Shown here one piece after another: positions 60,140 to 64,000 of a stretch of 64,000 nucleotides of DNA (the first letter of the stretch is position 1; each line of letters starts with the position of its first letter). Under the pieces are notes generated by a model that saw only the letters and a list, made by a program, of their open reading frames with translations, ran no database searches and was not told the origin of the DNA. A program made the translations under genes and the position numbers. The DNA comes from Podarcis liolepis (taxonomy: Eukaryota), in NCBI GenBank assembly GCA_965112155.1, contig OZ218105.1, one strand, 5' to 3'.

Positions 60140-61671
60140 TGACTTTAATAAAGAATTGAGCCATAAAAAAGATTATGAACTGAAAGTGGAGATGACAGAT
60201 GTACCTTTCCCTGTTTATCTGTTTGCTTTGTAACACAAAGCCTTTAATGTATTTATTTTTTTAAAAAAAAATTGATTAGGTTTTTCCCCAGAAGGCTTCA
60301 TTTTCTATCTCTTCTTATATTTCTTGGTACTTGTTCTACTCTGAACTCAGTATCATATTATTATGAATATATATGTTAATATCCACAGATTGTATATCTC
60401 TGGGGAGTCATAGAGGTAATCCCTCATTTCCATTTTTTTTTCAATGGCAGATTATTATTCATTGAATTTATATATTATTAGTATTTATTGAATTTATATA
60501 CCACCCTATACCTGGAGGTCTCAGATGAGTAAAGCCTGCAGTTCTTTGTGGTTCTTTTAATTTCTTCTTAACTGTTTCATTATTTATTATTATTATTATT
60601 GATTTTTTTTTTAAAAAAATGCTATACCAGCTTATGCAGTGATGGTTGTGTGCTCTCTGAACAAAAGCTAAGCATTTTCCTAATTAGAAATTGCCACTGG
60701 GCCATACTCCATAACATATGACAGTGGGGACAATTAATGTCAAAATGAGGTATTTGTGCTGGGGAAAATCCTGGATATCCCATGAATAGAATTGGAGATC
60801 GATGTCAGAAGGTCTGAATGGTGAGAGAAGGGAATAATTCTGACACCTGAGTATTGGATAGATTGGACAGCCAAGCAAATTCGGAGTTGAGCAGTTCATC
60901 CTTCCCCTTGTGAGGGAGGGACAGAGAGTGTGTGAAGTGAGGAAGCAGAGCTGAGTATAAAGGTATTTGTCTTAATCCTACCCACCTCTCCTCCATTGTC
61001 CACTGATCCTGAAGCCATAGTACAACAAATAAATATCGAACATAAGGCACCAAAGTCCATTATCTTCATGTTATTTTAGATGCTGTTCAATTGTGCAGCA
61101 AAACATTGTCATCTGACCGATTAATGAAAGAAAATCTAATGTTTCAAAAGAGAGGAATGAACTTGCTGTTGGACTTCTGCAGGATTGAGCCCAAGGATTG
61201 AGAATTGAATGTCGTCTGAGGTTCCAGATCTATAATCATCCCCATAATGTTTATGCATATAGTTATTACATATATAGTTATTTCCCCCATTATATAAGTT
61301 TGGGGTCTGATGCTTTTGTAACTGTCTTCACCAACAGGAAACACCCAACTATCTTCTGCAGATGTCCAAGCAAGATAGCTCTGGTGGTAAAAAAACAAAG
61401 TCCTGGCATTTAACTGTCAAGAACATGTGCCCAGTATACCATTCTTATACAGAGTCTTCTATACCACATATTTCAATCTCATATGCAGTACTATCAAGTT
61501 GATACTCCCTATGTTTGGGCTCGTGTAGCATAAAAGGCATAAACCCACAGAACAACTCAAAGAAAATTCAGTGGCATGGGATATTGAATGAGTGAGTGGG
61601 GGAAAACTGAAAACCTGATGAAAGTGTTGGTTTACAAGCCCCCTCCAGAGAGGCTGGCCCCTCTCACTGCT

Positions 61672-62378
61672 CTTTTTTTTTCCATATAAGTATTTATTGA
61701 TTTTCCAAAAGTAAGAAAAAGAAAAAAAGAATAAGATACCAAAGCAAAGATTAAAGAAAAGAAATAACAGCACAAAACAGATACTCCGTATATACAATAA
61801 AATTTTCCATCTGTCAAATTAACATGGTCATCTCTTTCTGGACTTCCTTCAGCCCGCCTGTGAATCTTCCGCAATAAGAATCTAAGATACACATTACCTA
61901 TTATGTATTGTCATTAGATACTCTTTTACCTCTGTTTTCCTTAGACAATACCTCTTCCTCTTTCACAGTGCTTCTCTGAATCCCCTTAACGTTATTTGAC
62001 CTTCACTAAGGTGTTCCAAGTAATCTACATATTTCCCCCATTCCTTGACAAACTTTTGGTCTCTTAGATGTCTGATCTTTCCCGTTAACCTATCCAAATC
62101 CACGTAGTCTAGTAACTTCGATCTCCACTCCTCTATTGTTGGCATTTCCTTTTTTTCCACTTCTGAGCAAGGACTATCCTTGCAGCTGTTGCTGCATAGT
62201 ACATAAATTTGTGATCTTTCTTTTTAATTTCATTCCCTAGTATTCCTAGCAGGAAGATTTCAGATTTTTTGGTGAATGTATACTTTAGGACCTTCTTTAA
62301 TTCAATATATACTTCTTCCCAAAATTCTCTCACTCTCCTGCACTCCCACCACATGTGGTAGAAAACACCCTCCTTCTC
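61672..62378 (-). mobile_element. 3' fragment of L1/Tx1 LINE, frameshifted
   Basis: HMWWEC...FW, AATAARIVLAQKWK and PTIEEW; AATAAA and A-tail at ~61672-61697 on the minus strand. Confidence 0.85.
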
Positions 62379-63245
62379 CTCACAAGCAAGAAGACAAAAG
62401 AGGAACTAGTGGCAGAATGAACAGCACTGTTAGATGCACTTTGCCCATGCTTGAAATCCAAAGAAATACAAAATGTATACTTGGAACATAGAGGCAAATG
62501 TCTAGGGTTTTGTCTGGAACAATAGGCGAGTATTTCAAGTAATCAGTTCCCTGTTTCTTCTCTGCCATTTCCCAAAATCCTATTGACCACAATGAGTAAT
62601 GGATTAATTTGGAGGGTCCCCTCTCCATTTGTGTATTTTCCCCAGCTATTTAATTAACATATTTATTGTGAAAATAGATAATGGCCATATCTGCCCAATT
62701 CAAACTATACAAATTTTCAAATGTTTCCATTCATGTCTATGGCTGACCCTCTAACATCCACTGGGATATACAAAAACAGGTTCTCAGGGCTCTGCCACAC
62801 CTCATTTGGCCTTCCATTTCCCACTAGGAAAACCCTCTCTTTACTGCTGAATCGAAACAAATGACCATTGGGTTTTTCCGCAGATTTTTGTTCATTCCAA
62901 TTCAGAGGCCAAGAGTGTGTTTTTCGGGGGAAACTTTTTGGAATGGGACTGGTGGAAGGTGGACAAGCCCTCAATCTGAACAAGGAAAATGATCTAACCA
63001 GAATGTGCCATGTTATTTACTCTACATAGATCTTTACATATATATGTGTTTCTGACATCTTATCCAACCATTCCATTCTGTTCTCCTGTCCCACCTGTTT
63101 CTCCATTTTCCCTCTCTTACAGAAGCCCGCCCAGCACCTTTCCATGTTCCATAGTTACACCTGTGGGCCTCCACACACACCATGCATTCAAAGCATATCA
63201 TTCCACTCAAAGAATCCCAAGCACTGTAGTTTTTCCCCTCACCAG

Positions 63246-63958
63246 TCTGTGGCTCTTGGGGGCTTTTCCCCGAGGAGGGAGAAGGGCAGCCCTTCAGTGA
63301 TTGGCTGCCCTCCTCCCTCCTTGGGGGAAAGCCCCCAAGAGCATCTCCGGAGGGCAGCAGGATGAAGGCTTGCTGCTGCCCTGTGGAGGCTTCGCGGGCT
63401 ACCCCAGAGCTGCTCAGGAGCTTATCGGGGCTGGCGTGGATATAGAAGCGCTGGGAGTATTCCCAACCTCCCGCAGAATCCGCACACTCTTTAAAGGGGC
63501 TGCGCGGCTTCTACTGGCTTTTCTACTGGCAGAAGCCGATCGCTCATTAAAGAGGCGGCACGGCTTTTACTGGCTTTTTCCCCACCTCCCACAGAAGCCG
63601 CACACTCTTTAAAGAGCGCACCGCTCTTGGGGGCTTTTCCCTGAGGAGGGAGAAGGGACTAACTGGCTGCGTCAGTCCCTTCTCCCACCTCATAGAAAAG
63701 CCTGCAGGAGCCGCACGCTCTTTAAAGGGCGCATGGCTCCTGGGGGCTTTTCTACAAGGTGGGAGAAGGGACTGATGAGGCCAGTCAGTCCCCTCTCCCT
63801 CCTGGGGAAAAGCCCGCAAGAGCCACCCTGAGCTTGTGTGCGGCTCTTGGGGGCTTTTCCCGCCTGCCTCCCCCCTGCATTCACTCCATAAGATGCACAC
63901 ACATTTTCCCTTGCTTTTTAGGAGGGAAAAAGTGTGTCCTATGGAGCGAAAAATACGG
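63246..63958. mobile_element. Tc2/pogo-like MITE, left end truncated
   Basis: Right TIR CCTATGGAGCGAAAAATACGG|TA; same family and host flank as 11185-12054. Confidence 0.8.
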
Positions 63959-64000
63959 TATATATGCAATAATGATATGCAAAAGAATTCCAAAACATAA

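Overview
Vertebrate genomic DNA, almost certainly squamate. Sauria SINEs are present and the MITE families look lacertid-like, which is an inference. The window is a birth-and-death cluster of single-coding-exon Mas-related GPCR genes: 6 intact ORFs and 4 pseudogenes or fragments. They sit in segmentally duplicated units that point leftward up to ~26.56 kb and rightward after it, with a second flip near 63.25 kb. Many TEs interrupt the units: L1/Tx1, Rex1/Babar, Sauria SINE, Tc1/mariner-pogo and hAT MITEs, and a solo LTR. The most notable object is an intact 6.44-kb tyrosine-recombinase retrotransposon (41243-47685, minus strand) encoding Gag, RT-RNase H, YR and an SGNH hydrolase. Paralogous empty sites define its ends exactly. 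I could find neither Ngaro-type split direct repeats nor a DIRS1-type ICR. It has only 7-bp inverted termini, splice acceptors in front of the gag and SGNH ORFs, and a ~340-nt highly self-complementary 3' segment. A divergent ~0.8-kb non-coding element at ~55450-56245 shares that segment's motifs and pairing, the poly(A) motif and the CACGC terminus. Together they suggest an autonomous/non-autonomous pair built around a conserved structured RNA. All comparisons were made by eye; nothing was computed or searched.
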